NCBI GenBank assembly: GCA_024640885.1
Contig: JAHEEC010000007.1
Location: 1,239-65,238, forward strand
Length of the DNA: 64,000 nt
Direction of reading: 5' to 3'
Source: Bacteroidota bacterium
Lineage (GTDB): Bacteria > Bacteroidota > Bacteroidia > Bacteroidales > GCA-2748055
Below the pieces are notes generated by a model. The model was not told where the DNA came from. It ran no database searches and saw nothing but the letters and a program-made list of their open reading frames with translations. This document shows positions 62,599 through 64,000 of this stretch, piece by piece. Every line of letters starts with the position of its first letter. Position 1 is the stretch's first letter. The position numbers and the translations under genes were made by a program.

Positions 62599-64000
62599 CT
62601 AAGGATCAATCCAGTCCCCCGCAAGCCTCATCAGGGCGATGAGCTCTCCTAGGGCTTCCTGTTCAGGAAGGTTCTTTCGTACAGGATTGCGTCCCTTATA
62701 AAGGGTCACCCTGCCTGGACCCGCTCCCACATATCCGTAATCCGAATCAGCCATCTCCCCGGGACCGTTGACTATGCATCCCATCACTCCGATTTTAAGT
62801 GAGGTCAGGTGACTGGTGGCTGCCCTGATCTCTTTGAGCCGGGAGAGGATGTCGAAATGGGTGCGTCCGCAGGAGGGGCATGCAATGAATTCGGTTTTGC
62901 TGATCCTTGCCCCGGCGGCCTGGAGGATTCCCAGCAGGATCTCATTGATCATTTCATCCTGAATGGCGGGATTGACCGCCCATACTGCATCAACGGCTCC
63001 ATCCACCAGCAGAGAGCCCAGAACTCCTGCCAGAAGGAGTTGGAATTCCTTCGGATCGGCCAGGGTGCTGACGGTTTTAAAAATTACCGGTGCATTGCTG
63101 TTCTTCATGCAGAACCGGTTCAACCGCCATTTAACCTCCTGGATAGAGAGGTTGCCCTGCTCCATCATCAAAAGCCTCTCTCCGCCCTCCAGCAACAGGG
63201 GTTCCCTTTCCCACTCTTCAAAAGATAAGCACCGACCGGCAATTTGGTGTGGTAACAGGTCAATGGAGGAATCGGGAGGAATGTTGCCAATGATCTTCAC
63301 CCTGGTACCATTTCCAATACCGGCTACCGCAGCGGAGCTCCTTCTGCCATAACTGAAAGGATCCCAGGAGAAACGGCCGAAGGGGTCGTAAGGAAGGTCT
63401 CCGGGTTTTGGAAAAAGCCTGATCAGGGAGGAAGCAACAGGCATCTCTTCCTCCGGGGGCTCAGTCAGGGATACCCTCACCGTATCGCCCAGACCTTCCA
63501 GCAGGAGCGGGGCCATTCCCACCACGGATTTGATCCTTCCGTCGGGACCATCCCCCGCTTCAGTAACCCCCAGGTGCAGCGGGTAGTCCATTCCCTCCCC
63601 GATCATTGTACTTGCGAGAAGCCTCACCGATTGCACCATGACCCTCGGATTGCTGGATTTCAGGGAAACCACCACCTTTTCAAAATCACGGTCCCGGCAT
63701 ACACGCAGAAATTGCATTGCCGATTCAACCATTCCTGCCGGGGTATCTCCAAATTGGGTCAGGATGGACTCATCCAGGGAGCCATGGTTGACCCCGATCC
63801 GAATGGCCGTTCCATGTTTCCTGCAGGTATCGATCAATTCAGGCAGCAGGGAATCAACGGCGTGTCCCCTCAGGTAGTTCCCCGGATTGATCCGTATTTT
63901 GTCGGCCACCACCGCTGCCTCAAGGGCCAGTTCAGGTTTGAAATGGATATCGGCCACCACCGGGGTGAATACTCCCCGGGCATGCAGCCGGGCTTTGATC
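62599..64000 (-). CDS. ispG: HMBPP synthase IspG, long form, 5' end beyond the window
   Basis: VADIHF, RINPGN, RIGVNHGS, HLGVTEAG, CPSCGRT, VMGCIVNGPGE; frame stays open to the window edge. Confidence 0.96.
   Translation of the reverse strand, partial: IKARLHARGVFTPVVADIHFKPELALEAAVVADKIRINPGNYLRGHAVDSLLPELIDTCRKHGTAIRIGVNHGSLDESILTQFGDTPAGMVESAMQFLRVCRDRDFEKVVVSLKSSNPRVMVQSVRLLASTMIGEGMDYPLHLGVTEAGDGPDGRIKSVVGMAPLLLEGLGDTVRVSLTEPPEEEMPVASSLIRLFPKPGDLPYDPFGRFSWDPFSYGRRSSAAVAGIGNGTRVKIIGNIPPDSSIDLLPHQIAGRCLSFEEWEREPLLLEGGERLLMMEQGNLSIQEVKWRLNRFCMKNSNAPVIFKTVSTLADPKEFQLLLAGVLGSLLVDGAVDAVWAVNPAIQDEMINEILLGILQAAGARISKTEFIACPSCGRTHFDILSRLKEIRAATSHLTSLKIGVMGCIVNGPGEMADSDYGYVGAGPGRVTLYKGRNPVRKNLPEQEALGELIALMRLAGDWIDP

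Overview
A gene-dense core-chromosome segment from a Bacteroidota bacterium, probably order Bacteroidales (inferred from the gene set, gene order and TAnnTTTG promoter elements). It carries a partial tRNA-Gly, about 55 CDSs, mostly housekeeping (mutS, rlmN, dnaG, rnpA, polA, uvrC, mnmG, ybeY, dut, pheS, ruvB, nadA, rpiB, hemW, lgt, ispD, partial ispG), and no recognisable mobile element or CRISPR array. The strongest candidate for an undescribed system is a 1385-aa protein without a signal peptide (43419-47576). It fuses an MggS-like GT4 glycosyltransferase, a ~440-aa domain I do not recognise, and a divergent NAGPA/DUF2233-type phosphodiester glycosidase, and a stand-alone MggS-like GT4 paralog lies about 1.2 kb away. 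Other signals read directly from the sequence are a candidate oriC between nadA and rpiB, a parS site at the end of mnmG, an internally deleted VOC/glyoxalase pseudogene, an uncalled 57-aa membrane protein, a USP gene in frame with a PAS hybrid kinase across a single stop codon, and a terminator abutting the rnpA start codon. All family assignments come from recognising motifs by eye, and no searches were run.
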